Assembly (NCBI GenBank): GCA_041742135.1
Contig: JBGSJG010000008.1
Span: forward strand, 96,518 to 160,517
Direction of reading: 5' to 3'
DNA length: 64,000 nucleotides
Source: Patescibacteria group bacterium
GTDB lineage: Bacteria; Patescibacteriota; Microgenomatia; UBA8517
The translations under genes and the position numbers were made by a program. The notes beneath the pieces were generated by a model that was not told where the DNA came from, made no database searches, and was given only the letters and a program-made list of their open reading frames with translations. Shown piece after piece: positions 26,868 to 37,045 of this stretch. Each line of letters begins with the position of its first letter. Position 1 is the first letter of the stretch.

Positions 26868-27930
26868 TATCAGTCAAATTGTTTATGAGACCGGCGTTTC
26901 GGTTTATACACGAGAGTTGGTGTCAGCGCTCGTCAAAAAATATCCTGATCATGAATTTGTTTTATATGGCGGCTCGCTACGCAGATCTCGTGAATTAAAG
27001 AATTTTCTTCTTGGCTCAAAAAATGTCACAAAAAAGCTTTCAAAGCTTGCGCCTTCCTTCGCGAACTTGATTTGGAACAGGCTTCATGTCTTGCCGATTG
27101 AGCAAATGATTGGAAAAGTCGATGTTTTTCATACATCTGATTGGGCCGAAGCTCCGGCCAGTTGCCCCAAAGTAACCACCATTCACGATTTATCGATTTT
27201 TAAATACCCCGCTCTCACTCACCCTAAAATTTTGGCTACTCACACGCGGCGCATGGCTTGGGTTAAAAAGGAATCGGACTGTGTGATAGTGCCCTCAACC
27301 GCTACTAAAGACGAAGCCCTTAAGCTTGGAATTTATGAGGATAAAATCGTTGTGATTCCTGAAGCAGTAAGTGGCATCTTCACGCCTAAAAGTAAATCTG
27401 AAATTGGCAAAGTAATGAGTAAGTACAAAATTAGCACCCCCTATGCATTAGCTGTAGGAGCAAATCCGCGAAAAAATATCGACCGAATTATTAAGGCTTT
27501 TTATAAATCAAAAGCTAATAGCAAACTCAAACAATTGGTTGTAGTTGGTAGGGGGCCAGCGATTGAAGACCTGGGTGTTAATTTTCTGGGTCACGTACCG
27601 GCAGATGATCTTCCGGCGCTTTATAGTGGAGCAGGCTTACTTGTTTATGTTTCAATTAATGAAGGTTTTGGTCTTCCAATTCTTGAAGCTTTTGCTTGCG
27701 GCTGCCCGGTTCTCACGTCTAATGTTTCCAGTATGCCAGAGGTTGCAGGTAAAGCTGCGGTTTTGGTAGACCCAATGTCCGTCGAAGAAATCTCGAAAGG
27801 CTTCGTGAAAACTGTGAATAATAGGGAAAAATTAGTTGATTTGGGCCTTCGGCGTGTGAAAAAATACAATTGGGATATGGTGGCCAGTGAGACTATGAAG
27901 GCCTACGAGAGTGTGGTTGCAAGTAAGTAA
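26851..27930 (+). CDS. GT4 glycosyltransferase
   Basis: 359 aa. EGFGLPILEAFACGCPVLTS (E-x7-E region). Confidence 0.8.
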   Translation: MKIGIDISQIVYETGVSVYTRELVSALVKKYPDHEFVLYGGSLRRSRELKNFLLGSKNVTKKLSKLAPSFANLIWNRLHVLPIEQMIGKVDVFHTSDWAEAPASCPKVTTIHDLSIFKYPALTHPKILATHTRRMAWVKKESDCVIVPSTATKDEALKLGIYEDKIVVIPEAVSGIFTPKSKSEIGKVMSKYKISTPYALAVGANPRKNIDRIIKAFYKSKANSKLKQLVVVGRGPAIEDLGVNFLGHVPADDLPALYSGAGLLVYVSINEGFGLPILEAFACGCPVLTSNVSSMPEVAGKAAVLVDPMSVEEISKGFVKTVNNREKLVDLGLRRVKKYNWDMVASETMKAYESVVASK

Positions 27931-27932
27931 TT

Positions 27933-29066
27933 ATGATAATTGGAATAGACGGAAACGAAGCAAATGTAAAGAGCCGGGTAGGTGTCAATCAATATGCCTT
28001 TGAACTGCTGTGGGCGATGCGTAAACTACAGGATAAAAACGCACTAAAACACGACGTAAATGTTTACCTTAAAAATGAACCATCCAGTGAGCTTCCTAAG
28101 GCAAGTGAAAAGTGGAAATACAAAGTAATTGCCGGAGACAGGCTTTGGATCATACGAAATTTCATGCCGTATTTATTTTCTACACACGAGAAGCCGGATG
28201 TGCTTTTTTCTCCCAACCATTATGTTCCACCTTTGTGTCCCGTTCCTCGCGTTGTGGCAATAATGGATCTCGGGTATCTCGCGTCCCCGGGCCAATTTAA
28301 GGCATATGATTTTTGGCAGTTAAGGCTTTGGACTGCTTGGTCCTTGTTTGTAAGCCGAAAAGTGGTGGCGATTTCAGAAGCGACACAGAAAGATATAGTC
28401 AAACACTATCCTTTTGCATCAAAGAAGACCAGCGTTACTCTGCTGTCTGGAGACTCTTCTGTGGAAAGCGCAAAAATATCCGTGCAAAACATTGATTCTA
28501 TCAAGAAAAAGTATCTCATAGGAAAAAACTATATTCTGTTCTTGAGTACCTTAAAACCCAGTAAAAATGTCACTGGACTTTTGGGTGCATGGGCCAAAAT
28601 ACACAATGAATTTGGGAGGGATCATACCCTTGTAATTGCAGGTAAAAAAGGCTGGCTTTATGAACCAATTTTTGACCATGTCAAAAAACTTAAACTCGAA
28701 AAAAGCGTAGTTTTCACGGACTTTGTTCCTGAAAATGAAAAGCTTGTTCTCTTGGCTGGTGCCAAAGTATTTGTCCTTCCATCATTCTGGGAGGGCTTTG
28801 GAATTGACGTCGTTAATGCAATGAAACTTGGGGTTCCAGTGGTTGTGTCGAGTCGCGGTAGTCTTCCTGAAGTAGCTGGTGGGGTGGGTGAGGTTGTTGA
28901 TCCAGAAGATCACGGCTCAATAGCTCGGTCAATTTCAAAAATTCTAAAAATGCCTCAAAAAGAATATAATAAACTATCTGAAGAATCGATTAGCTACGCG
29001 CGAAGGTTCAGCTGGGAGAAAACAGCTCAAAAGACAGTAGAAGCTATCGAATCAATAATTAAATAA
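27933..29066 (+). CDS. GT4 glycosyltransferase
   Basis: 377 aa. EGFGIDVVNAMKLGVPVVVS. Confidence 0.8.
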   Translation: MIIGIDGNEANVKSRVGVNQYAFELLWAMRKLQDKNALKHDVNVYLKNEPSSELPKASEKWKYKVIAGDRLWIIRNFMPYLFSTHEKPDVLFSPNHYVPPLCPVPRVVAIMDLGYLASPGQFKAYDFWQLRLWTAWSLFVSRKVVAISEATQKDIVKHYPFASKKTSVTLLSGDSSVESAKISVQNIDSIKKKYLIGKNYILFLSTLKPSKNVTGLLGAWAKIHNEFGRDHTLVIAGKKGWLYEPIFDHVKKLKLEKSVVFTDFVPENEKLVLLAGAKVFVLPSFWEGFGIDVVNAMKLGVPVVVSSRGSLPEVAGGVGEVVDPEDHGSIARSISKILKMPQKEYNKLSEESISYARRFSWEKTAQKTVEAIESIIK

Positions 29067-29668
29067 TGTCACTTTTTAAAGATAAACACGGCAACCAGTT
29101 AACATACGGCCAAGCTCTAAAAAAAATCACCAATCGTTTTTATAATTACTGGCTAGATTTTGAGCTAATGTTATTGCGCTTTGTCGGCCACATTCCGCTT
29201 CACACAGTCAGAAATATTTTTTATAAATTTGCTGGTGTAAAAATAGGCTCAGGGTCAACGATTCATATGTGGGCAAGTTTTTTTGAGCCTCGAAATATTG
29301 TTATCGGTGAAGATACTATCATCGGCGATCATGCTTTTTTGGATGGCCGAGCACCGCTTGCGATTGGAAATCATACTGATATAGCCTCAAGCGTAATGAT
29401 TTATAATTCGGAGCATGATCTATCAAGCGATGAGTTTAGTGCGCGAGAGGAAGCAGTTGAAATTGGCGACTATGTGTTTATTGGTCCTCGCGCAATAATT
29501 CTTCCGGGAGTTAAAATCGGGCGTGGTGCCGTTGTTGCGGCAGCTGCAGTAGTTACGAAAAATGTGCCTGACTACGCAATCGTTGGTGGAGTTCCTGCTA
29601 GAGAAATTGGTGAGCGCAAAAATAAAAACTTAAACTATAAATTGGGTCGAGCTCGGCTGTTCCAGTAA
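29066..29668 (+). CDS. Hexapeptide-repeat (left-handed beta-helix) sugar O-acetyltransferase
   Basis: 200 aa. Tandem [LIV]-G-x4 hexapeptides (IGEDTIIGDHAFLDGRAPLAIGNHTDIAS...IGPRAIILPGVKIGRGAVV), WbbJ/LacA-like. Confidence 0.8.
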   Translation: MSLFKDKHGNQLTYGQALKKITNRFYNYWLDFELMLLRFVGHIPLHTVRNIFYKFAGVKIGSGSTIHMWASFFEPRNIVIGEDTIIGDHAFLDGRAPLAIGNHTDIASSVMIYNSEHDLSSDEFSAREEAVEIGDYVFIGPRAIILPGVKIGRGAVVAAAAVVTKNVPDYAIVGGVPAREIGERKNKNLNYKLGRARLFQ

Positions 29669-29670
29669 AA

Positions 29671-30207
29671 ATGAAACTTCTTGTCCGATCTGTTTTTGTC
29701 GCAATCACTTTATTATTAATCTTTTATGTGAGTAGGCCCTCTGCTGATTTTCCGCCTCCTCCGTCAGGAGCTAAGCAGTCAATGGAGCCAGCTGACACAG
29801 AGACACCACTTCGCCGAGCATATTTTACTGATTTTACCCGAGAAGAAATAATTGCTCATTACCAAAAAGAGTTTATTGGTTTTCCCACTCTTCGCCTAAA
29901 CTATCCTCCCGAGGATGCACAAACCATCATTCGTGATCAGACCAGAAGCTATTACTTGGAGGAGTTGGCTCATCCACTGCGTGAGTCTTTATACATCAAC
30001 GGTTTTGTCCCACAACACAAAAAGGACGCAATCCTGATTGACGGGGTCGAGTATTACCAGAAAATTACTATAAAGTATGTTCCAAGCTCAAGCGCTGCTA
30101 GGATAGTTTACGTCTTGGCATTTTCGGGGCTTACTTATTTTGTTTTTAATGAACTAACGAAACTTCTGACCTCGTTTGTAAAATTTATATTTTCATTTTT
30201 TAGATGA
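29671..30207 (+). CDS. Hypothetical membrane-anchored protein
   Basis: 178 aa. N-terminal TM, a proline-rich linker (PPPPSG), and a C-terminal hydrophobic segment. No recognisable family. Confidence 0.35.
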   Translation: MKLLVRSVFVAITLLLIFYVSRPSADFPPPPSGAKQSMEPADTETPLRRAYFTDFTREEIIAHYQKEFIGFPTLRLNYPPEDAQTIIRDQTRSYYLEELAHPLRESLYINGFVPQHKKDAILIDGVEYYQKITIKYVPSSSAARIVYVLAFSGLTYFVFNELTKLLTSFVKFIFSFFR

Positions 30208-31115
30208 TAAAACTGTCAATTGTAATAATTAATTATAAGACCCGTGAATTAACGGTTGATTGTGTTAGGTCGGTTATTAAAAACACGAAGCTTGATTTTG
30301 AAATACTCTTGGTGGATAACGCGTCAAGCGATGGCTCAGTGGAGCTGTTTCGCAAAGAATTTGGCAAGAAAAAAAACGTAACACTTATCGAAAGCCCTAA
30401 AAATGTTGGGTTTGCCAGCGGAAATAACGTTGGAATCAAAAAAGCACAAGGCGAATATGTTTTACTTTTAAACTCCGACACTGTGGTGCCAGCAGGTACG
30501 CTAGATGGTATGGTCGAGTGGGTAGTCGATAATCCTAAGGTAGGTGTTGCAACTTGCTCACTTAAAAATAAAGACGGCACACTTCAGGGGACTGGTGGCT
30601 ATTTCCCGACGCTTTTAAATGTTGCTTCGTGGATGACAATTGAAGATCTGCCGTTTGTTTCGGGGCTCATTAAGCCCTTTCACCCCATGCGAAAAATGAT
30701 GGATAAAAACGAGGAATTTTACACGGAGCCTCGGGAACTTGATTGGGTGACCGGCGCATTCATGCTTATTCGCAAAAGCGTTATAGACGAAATCGGATTA
30801 ATGGACGAAGATTATTTTATGTACACCGAAGATACGGATTTTTGTTATCGGGCAAAAAAAGCTGGCTGGAAGATCTTTTTTAACCCCAAGTGGAGTATTA
30901 CTCATTTCGGGGGAGCAAGCTCCACAAGCGAATTTGCAATTTTATCGGAATATAAAGGCATTAAGAATTTTTTTAAAAAGCATTACCCGAAATGGCAGTA
31001 TTTACCACTTCGTGCGTTTCTCAAAACTGGAGCGTTATTGAGGGCACCTGTTTTTGGATTACTTGAAGGAAAGGAGGCATTTGCAACTTATGCAAAAGCA
31101 TTTAATCAAGCTTAG
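30204..31115 (+). CDS. GT2 family glycosyltransferase
   Basis: 303 aa. LSIVIINYKTRELT, LLVDNASSDGS, LLLNSDT. ATGA overlap. Confidence 0.8.
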   Translation: MIKLSIVIINYKTRELTVDCVRSVIKNTKLDFEILLVDNASSDGSVELFRKEFGKKKNVTLIESPKNVGFASGNNVGIKKAQGEYVLLLNSDTVVPAGTLDGMVEWVVDNPKVGVATCSLKNKDGTLQGTGGYFPTLLNVASWMTIEDLPFVSGLIKPFHPMRKMMDKNEEFYTEPRELDWVTGAFMLIRKSVIDEIGLMDEDYFMYTEDTDFCYRAKKAGWKIFFNPKWSITHFGGASSTSEFAILSEYKGIKNFFKKHYPKWQYLPLRAFLKTGALLRAPVFGLLEGKEAFATYAKAFNQA

Positions 31116-32415
31116 TCAGTTTGCAAGGGCGGCGCTTAAATACGCAGTTTCAGCTTTAATTTTAGCAATTCCGCTGTATCCTAAGTTTCCCTTTTTGCGG
31201 CTTCCGGGAGTTGCGGTATCAATTCGCCTTGAGGATTTCGTAATTGGGATTGTCCTTATAATCTTTTTATTTGCCATCGGGCCAAAAATTTCTAGAGTCT
31301 TGAGGCTCAAGGTAACCAAGCTTACCGCCTTGTTTGTCTTGGCAGGGTTATTCTCAGTAATTGCAGGAATAGTGATTACCGATACTGTCGTTGCCCATGT
31401 AGGGCTACTTCATTGGGCAAGGCGAGTTGAATATTTGTCTATGTTTTTTGTGGGGCTTTATTCTCTCTCCAAGAAAGAAAATCTTCATTTTTATGTTCGT
31501 GTGATTTTTATAATAATTCCTTTGGTATTTTTATACGGGCTTGGACAGCGCTATTTTAATATTCCCATAATAACGACACAAAATGCGGAGTATGCGCGTG
31601 GAGTTGCGCTTCGCTGGATTGCCGGAAGCCATCTTATTTCAACTTTTGCGGGGCACTATGACTTGGCCTCGTTCTTAATTTTAGTTTTTCCGACGTTTTA
31701 TTTGCTTCTAACTGCTAAAGGCGAAACGCTCAAAAAACTGATGCCACAAACTAACAAGTTTCTAACTAGAGCGATCATTATGACAGTAGTGGCTATGAGC
31801 CTGTGGCTTATGATGCAAACAGCTTCAAGAATCTCAATCGTTTCTTACTTGGGGACGTCGTGCTTGGCCTTGTTACTTACCAATCGCAAAAAGTTTATTC
31901 CTTTTGTGATTGTTGTAAGTTTTGTATTTGCCGCTTTTTCTAGCAACCTAGTAGATCGCTATATGAATATAATTAATGTCTACGCTCAAGAGGAAGTAGC
32001 GGCTCCGCCTCCGCCAGTTGTCGAAGACAGATCAACTTCAATTAGGCTAAATGTCGAATGGCCACGGGCAATTCGTGCCGTAACTAAAAATCCGATTTCT
32101 GGACTGGGTTATTCATCTATCACGCTCGCGACCGATAATGACTATCTAAGAATGCTCGGGGAAATTGGAATAGTGGGCTTTGTTTCATTCTTCGTTTTAT
32201 TTGGACACATCGTTTTAAGGCTAATAAAAAACTTTCCAGCAGCTTCGACTAATAAAGTCGAAGACTTGTTTTTGGTGGGCATCCTGTGTTCAATTCCTGG
32301 CATTTTGTTAAATATGGTATTTATTGATATCCTTGAAGCCTCTAAATTCGCAATTATGATGTGGCTTATGCTTGGTATGGCTTATGGGTTAACCTTAAAA
32401 AATGAAAAAAATTAG
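31054..32415 (+). CDS. O-antigen polymerase/ligase-like polytopic membrane protein (Wzy_C/WaaL-like)
   Basis: 453 aa, about 12 TM helices, with a large loop late in the protein as in Wzy_C proteins. The true start is possibly at 31090 (MQKHL). Confidence 0.45.
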   Translation: MDYLKERRHLQLMQKHLIKLSQFARAALKYAVSALILAIPLYPKFPFLRLPGVAVSIRLEDFVIGIVLIIFLFAIGPKISRVLRLKVTKLTALFVLAGLFSVIAGIVITDTVVAHVGLLHWARRVEYLSMFFVGLYSLSKKENLHFYVRVIFIIIPLVFLYGLGQRYFNIPIITTQNAEYARGVALRWIAGSHLISTFAGHYDLASFLILVFPTFYLLLTAKGETLKKLMPQTNKFLTRAIIMTVVAMSLWLMMQTASRISIVSYLGTSCLALLLTNRKKFIPFVIVVSFVFAAFSSNLVDRYMNIINVYAQEEVAAPPPPVVEDRSTSIRLNVEWPRAIRAVTKNPISGLGYSSITLATDNDYLRMLGEIGIVGFVSFFVLFGHIVLRLIKNFPAASTNKVEDLFLVGILCSIPGILLNMVFIDILEASKFAIMMWLMLGMAYGLTLKNEKN

Positions 32416-33865
32416 TAAATTACTGAATTCTAAAATTCTCTTTGGTCTAGTTTTTGCGATTGTTTTTGTTGGAGGATTTATAGTTCGTTTATACAAAATA
32501 AATGGTCCCTTGGCAGATTGGCACGCGTGGAGGCAAGTCGATACCGCTTCTGTTTCAAAAACATTTTTAGATGAGGGCTTTGATTTACTTCGCCCTCGAT
32601 ATCACGATGTTTCAAAAATCCAAACTGGTTACTTTAACCCAGAGGGGTATAGATTTGTTGAATTTCCAATTTACAATCTTTTTCACGCAGGTTTTTACAA
32701 AATTCTACCTATAGTTTCATTTGAGGTATGGGGAAGATTGGTTTCAATTTTCTCGGCTCTTTTGACCGCGTTTTTCATTTACGGAACAGCAAGAAGAGTA
32801 TTTAATAAGTCGGTCGGCCTTGTGTCGGCATTTTATTATCTTTTTCTTCCTTACAACATTTACTTTACTCGAGTTATCTTGCCCGATCCAATGTCTGTAA
32901 TGCTCTCGATGGCATCTGTGTATACGTTTACCGTTTACACCAGCTCCAAAAAAAATACTAGCTTGTTTTTGTCGGCTGGATTTATGGCGTTGGCACTTCT
33001 GGTCAAGCCGCATGCAATCTTTTTCGCGATTCCAATTGTTTTTCTAGCGATAACTCGGTTTAAGCTCGCAGAAATATTTAAAAATAAATGGCATTATGTG
33101 GCTCTGAATTTGGCTTTAATACCTTTTCTGTTGTGGCGTATATGGGAGTTTCAAGGTGGATTTTTACGAGGAATTCCATTTTGGGAGTGGGCTTTCAATG
33201 GCAACGGGATCAGGTTCCGCCCTTCCTTTTTCAAATGGATTTTTGCTGAAAGAATAGGAAAAATAATTTTAGGCTCGTGGGGAGCTTTTCCTTTTGTTTA
33301 TGGCGTTGTCGCGTCCAAGAAGTTTTTCACGCTCGTTCATGCCTTTCTTCTTTCCATCTTCCTTTATCTTTCCATCTTTGCCTCGGCCAATGTAATGCAC
33401 GATTATTATCAAATTTTTATTGTTCCTGCAATCGCCCTTACTTTAGGTTACGGAGCATACTCGATTTGGACAAACACGTCTTTTAACCCATGGCTTTCAA
33501 AAGTTGCGGTTGTCGCCGTCACACTTGGGATGTTTTTCGTAAGCTTTTATGAAGTTCGCGATCATTTTCGCGTTAACGACACGGGCATCGTCGACGCTGG
33601 CCGTATAGCTGACGAAGTGCTTCCTAAAGACGCGCTGGTAATCGCTCCATACAATGGAGATACGACATTTTTGTATCAGACAAAAAGATGGGGTTGGCCA
33701 ATTGTGACTGAGTCTATTGAGGAGCTGATCGAAAAAGGTGCAGATTATTTTATTTCAGTCAATTTTTCAGATCCCGATGTCGCGGCTTTTAAGAGCAAGT
33801 TCGAAGTACTAATCGAAACAGACCGTTATATAATTATCGACCTAGGCAAGCCAAAAGAAGTATGA
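32402..33865 (+). CDS. GT-C-type membrane glycosyltransferase (PMT_2/ArnT family)
   Basis: 487 aa. The hallmark first-loop motif WHAWRQVDTASVSKTF (cf. the W-x-A-W-R-Q-x-DTA of PMT_2/GT39 enzymes), with many TM helices and a C-terminal soluble domain. Confidence 0.6.
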   Translation: MKKISKLLNSKILFGLVFAIVFVGGFIVRLYKINGPLADWHAWRQVDTASVSKTFLDEGFDLLRPRYHDVSKIQTGYFNPEGYRFVEFPIYNLFHAGFYKILPIVSFEVWGRLVSIFSALLTAFFIYGTARRVFNKSVGLVSAFYYLFLPYNIYFTRVILPDPMSVMLSMASVYTFTVYTSSKKNTSLFLSAGFMALALLVKPHAIFFAIPIVFLAITRFKLAEIFKNKWHYVALNLALIPFLLWRIWEFQGGFLRGIPFWEWAFNGNGIRFRPSFFKWIFAERIGKIILGSWGAFPFVYGVVASKKFFTLVHAFLLSIFLYLSIFASANVMHDYYQIFIVPAIALTLGYGAYSIWTNTSFNPWLSKVAVVAVTLGMFFVSFYEVRDHFRVNDTGIVDAGRIADEVLPKDALVIAPYNGDTTFLYQTKRWGWPIVTESIEELIEKGADYFISVNFSDPDVAAFKSKFEVLIETDRYIIIDLGKPKEV

Positions 33866-35055
33866 AAATTTTGATGATTGTGCCTTTTTTGCCAAACACC
33901 CAGATGTCTGGTGGGCAAACTCGTTGGTACAATATCATCAAATATTTAAGCCATAATCACGAAATAACTTTATACTCGCTTATTAAAGAGGACTCAGAAA
34001 AGCGCTTTATCCCGGAGCTTCAGAAATACTGTAAAAAAGTAAAAGTTTTCAGGCGTCCCAAGTCCCCATGGACGATCAGGAATATTGTTTTAACAATGTT
34101 TAGTCTTTATCCTCTACTCGTAATTCGAAATTGGTCTCCTAAAGAAAAAAGAGCCTTAAAGCGCGAGCTTGAAAAAAATAAGTACGATTTGATTCATGCG
34201 GAGACATTTTATGTTATGCCTCATATTCCAGACACAAATGTTCCTTCGATGTTGGTTGAGCAAACGATCGAGTATCAAGTTTACAAGCACTATGTTGACA
34301 ACGAAGTCCCGTTCTTTTTGCGCCCACTGTTCATGATTGATGTTTTAAAGCTTAAGTATTGGGAGCAGTATTTTTGGAAAAAAACAGACCAGCTCGTGGC
34401 AGTGTCTGACGAGGATCGCAAGGTGATGCGCGAGTTAATTCCTGGAATTAAAGTCGACATTATTCCCAATGGAGTAGACGCTCCACACTTTGTTAACTAC
34501 AAAGTAACCAAAAAAGAGCCTCCACGTGTCTTGTATGGTGCAGCAAACTTTAAGTGGCTTCAAAATGTAGAGGCAGTAGATTTTTTGGTTGATAAAATAT
34601 GGCCGACAATCGAGAAGAACTCAAACGCATTCCTTTGGATTGTAGGCACAAGTATTCCCAAAAAAATCCTTGATATGGCTCAAAAAAATAAGCGTATCGA
34701 AGTCACGGAATCGATTGTTGATGTGCGCGATGCCCTAAAAAGCGCAACCGTAATGATGGTACCTGTTAAAGGGCCAGGAGGAACACGGCTTAAGATGCTC
34801 GAGGCATTGGCAGCTGGCCTTCCTGTCGTCTCGACTACAGTGGGCGCAGCGGGGCTAGATTTGATAAATGAAAAGCACGCAATGATTAGCGATTCGCCAG
34901 AACAGATGGCCAAATACACACTCAAGCTTTTAAGGGATGCCTCACTCGCTAAAAAGATTGGTGCTAACGGTCAAGAATATGTTGAGAAATATTTTGATTG
35001 GGGAGTCTTGGGAAAGCTTCACGACAAGATTTATAAAAAAATAATTAAAAGATGA
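33862..35055 (+). CDS. GT4 glycosyltransferase
   Basis: 397 aa. C-terminal GTRLKMLEALAAGLPVVST. Confidence 0.75.
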   Translation: MKILMIVPFLPNTQMSGGQTRWYNIIKYLSHNHEITLYSLIKEDSEKRFIPELQKYCKKVKVFRRPKSPWTIRNIVLTMFSLYPLLVIRNWSPKEKRALKRELEKNKYDLIHAETFYVMPHIPDTNVPSMLVEQTIEYQVYKHYVDNEVPFFLRPLFMIDVLKLKYWEQYFWKKTDQLVAVSDEDRKVMRELIPGIKVDIIPNGVDAPHFVNYKVTKKEPPRVLYGAANFKWLQNVEAVDFLVDKIWPTIEKNSNAFLWIVGTSIPKKILDMAQKNKRIEVTESIVDVRDALKSATVMMVPVKGPGGTRLKMLEALAAGLPVVSTTVGAAGLDLINEKHAMISDSPEQMAKYTLKLLRDASLAKKIGANGQEYVEKYFDWGVLGKLHDKIYKKIIKR

Positions 35056-35921
35056 AAAACCCCATTCTTTCTATAGTCATCGTTAGCTACAACACAAAAG
35101 ATATCTTGGCTGATTGTTTGGAATCACTTAAAAAAGTTCAAAACGAGCTATCTTTTGAGACGATCGTTTCCGACAATGGCTCATCAGATGGCACGCCAGA
35201 GATGATTAAAACTCGATTTAATTGGGTGAAGTTATTGGATAATGCTAAAAATTTGGGATTTTCCAAAGGGAACAATAAAGCTAAAGGCATTGCCAAGGGT
35301 GAGTACGTACTGTTTTTAAACTCCGACACTTTAGTTCATAAAACCACGTTATTAAAATCAGTGGAGTACTTAGATAGCCACAAAGACGTGGCATCTATGA
35401 CTTGTAAAATTGTTTTACCCAGTGGCAAATTAGACCCAGACACAAGGCGTGCTTTTCCGCGCCCAGAAGTAGCACTCTTTCATTTTTCGGGATTAGACAG
35501 ATTGTTTCCAAAATCAAAAATATTTTCCAAGTATTGGTATGGATATTTAAATGAAGACGAAGAGCACGAAGTGGATGTTGTGCAGGGTGCTTTTCATCTT
35601 ACCCACAGATCAATTCTCGACCAAGTTGGCTGGTTTGACGAAGACTATTTTTTGGACGGGGAGGATATTGACCTTTGCTGGAAAATCAAAAAGCTTGGTC
35701 ATAGAATAGTTTATTACCCTAAAGTTTCTATAACTCATATCAAGAAGGCCTCCAAGAAAAAGCAAAAAAGTAGCTTCGCAATCACGTCCGGTGTTCGTGC
35801 AATGGAAATCTTTTACAGAAAACGACTTTGGAGCGAATACCCGCTATTTGTTAATTATTTGGTGATTATTGCAATAAAACTATTACTGTACATAAGGCTT
35901 TTAAAGCACGCCATCAAATGA
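35052..35921 (+). CDS. GT2 family glycosyltransferase
   Basis: 289 aa. LSIVIVSYNTKDIL, SDNGSSDGT, LFLNSDT, DGEDIDLCW. Confidence 0.8.
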   Translation: MKNPILSIVIVSYNTKDILADCLESLKKVQNELSFETIVSDNGSSDGTPEMIKTRFNWVKLLDNAKNLGFSKGNNKAKGIAKGEYVLFLNSDTLVHKTTLLKSVEYLDSHKDVASMTCKIVLPSGKLDPDTRRAFPRPEVALFHFSGLDRLFPKSKIFSKYWYGYLNEDEEHEVDVVQGAFHLTHRSILDQVGWFDEDYFLDGEDIDLCWKIKKLGHRIVYYPKVSITHIKKASKKKQKSSFAITSGVRAMEIFYRKRLWSEYPLFVNYLVIIAIKLLLYIRLLKHAIK

Positions 35922-37045
35922 AAATTGTAATAGATGCCAGAATGTATGGTACTGAAAATAGTGGCATTGGGCGTTATATTTTAAATTTAGTAAGCGAGCT
36001 GGTAAATATGGATCACGACAATAATTACGCGATTTTACTTCGGAAAAAATACTACAATCAGCTCAAATTCCCTGAGAATTGGCAAAAAGTTGAAGCTGAC
36101 TTTCGGCATTATAGTTTTTCAGAGCAGTTTGTTTTGCCCAAGATATTAAAAAAGTTATCACCTGATTTGGTTCATTTTCCTCATTTTAATGTGCCTGTAT
36201 TTTTTAAAGGTAAATTTGTAGTGACTATTCACGACTTGTCGATGCACAAGCGAACCGGCATGTCTGCCACAACTCTGCCTCCTTTGATGTACCTAGTTAA
36301 ACGTGCGGGCTATCGAAGTGTTTTTGGCAATGCTGTCGCAAAGGCCACGAAGATCATCACTCCAAGTAAATATGTTTCTATGGAGCTTATACGAAAATAC
36401 CCGAAAGTTGGCGCAAAAGTGCAGCACGTTTATGAAGGCGTGGATAATAAAACATTTGAGAATTCGGGCACGACCGGGATGCTTAAAGATCTAGGAATCG
36501 AAAAACCTTATTTTTTGTATGTGGGCAACAGTTATCCTCACAAAAACGTGTCACGGTCAATTGACGCATTAGTGGCTTTAAATAATCGAGCGGTTAAAGC
36601 GAATCTTGTTGTTGTGACGCCAAAAAGTATTTTTATGGACAGGCTAAATCAAGAAGTTAGCCAAAAAAATGCATCAAAATTCGTCCATATTCTGGGCTAC
36701 CAAAGCGATCAGGTTTTGGAGTATCTTTACAAACAGGCAACAGCGTTTGTGTATCCATCTAAAGAGGAAGGTTTTGGTCTACCAGGACTTGAAGCTATGG
36801 CAAATAAGACTTTAGTGCTGGCTTCTGATATTCCGGTTTTCAAAGAAGTTTATAAAAATAATGTAATTTATTTTAATCCCCACGATTTTTCGTCGATAGC
36901 CGATGCTATGAATACTGTACTTACAATGCCACGCTTGGAAAAAGCTAAAATCACCGATCAGGCATTTGAATTTTCCAAAAGGTACACTTGGGAGAAGGCG
37001 GCGGAGGCAACACTCGGCATATATGAAAGTTGCATTAGTTTATGA
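35918..37045 (+). CDS. GT4 glycosyltransferase
   Basis: 375 aa. EGFGLPGLEAMANKTLVLAS. Confidence 0.75.
   Translation: MKIVIDARMYGTENSGIGRYILNLVSELVNMDHDNNYAILLRKKYYNQLKFPENWQKVEADFRHYSFSEQFVLPKILKKLSPDLVHFPHFNVPVFFKGKFVVTIHDLSMHKRTGMSATTLPPLMYLVKRAGYRSVFGNAVAKATKIITPSKYVSMELIRKYPKVGAKVQHVYEGVDNKTFENSGTTGMLKDLGIEKPYFLYVGNSYPHKNVSRSIDALVALNNRAVKANLVVVTPKSIFMDRLNQEVSQKNASKFVHILGYQSDQVLEYLYKQATAFVYPSKEEGFGLPGLEAMANKTLVLASDIPVFKEVYKNNVIYFNPHDFSSIADAMNTVLTMPRLEKAKITDQAFEFSKRYTWEKAAEATLGIYESCISL

Noticed and set aside
36966-37045. An 80-nt overlap between two GT4 genes, and the 60-nt overlap at 31054..31115, as a possible programmed frameshift or fusion
   Set aside because: Internal Met codons (37023 MKVALVY; 31090 MQKHL) give conventional starts with short overlaps. 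Both flanking proteins are complete GT domains, so ordinary start-site over-extension in the ORF track is the simpler explanation.
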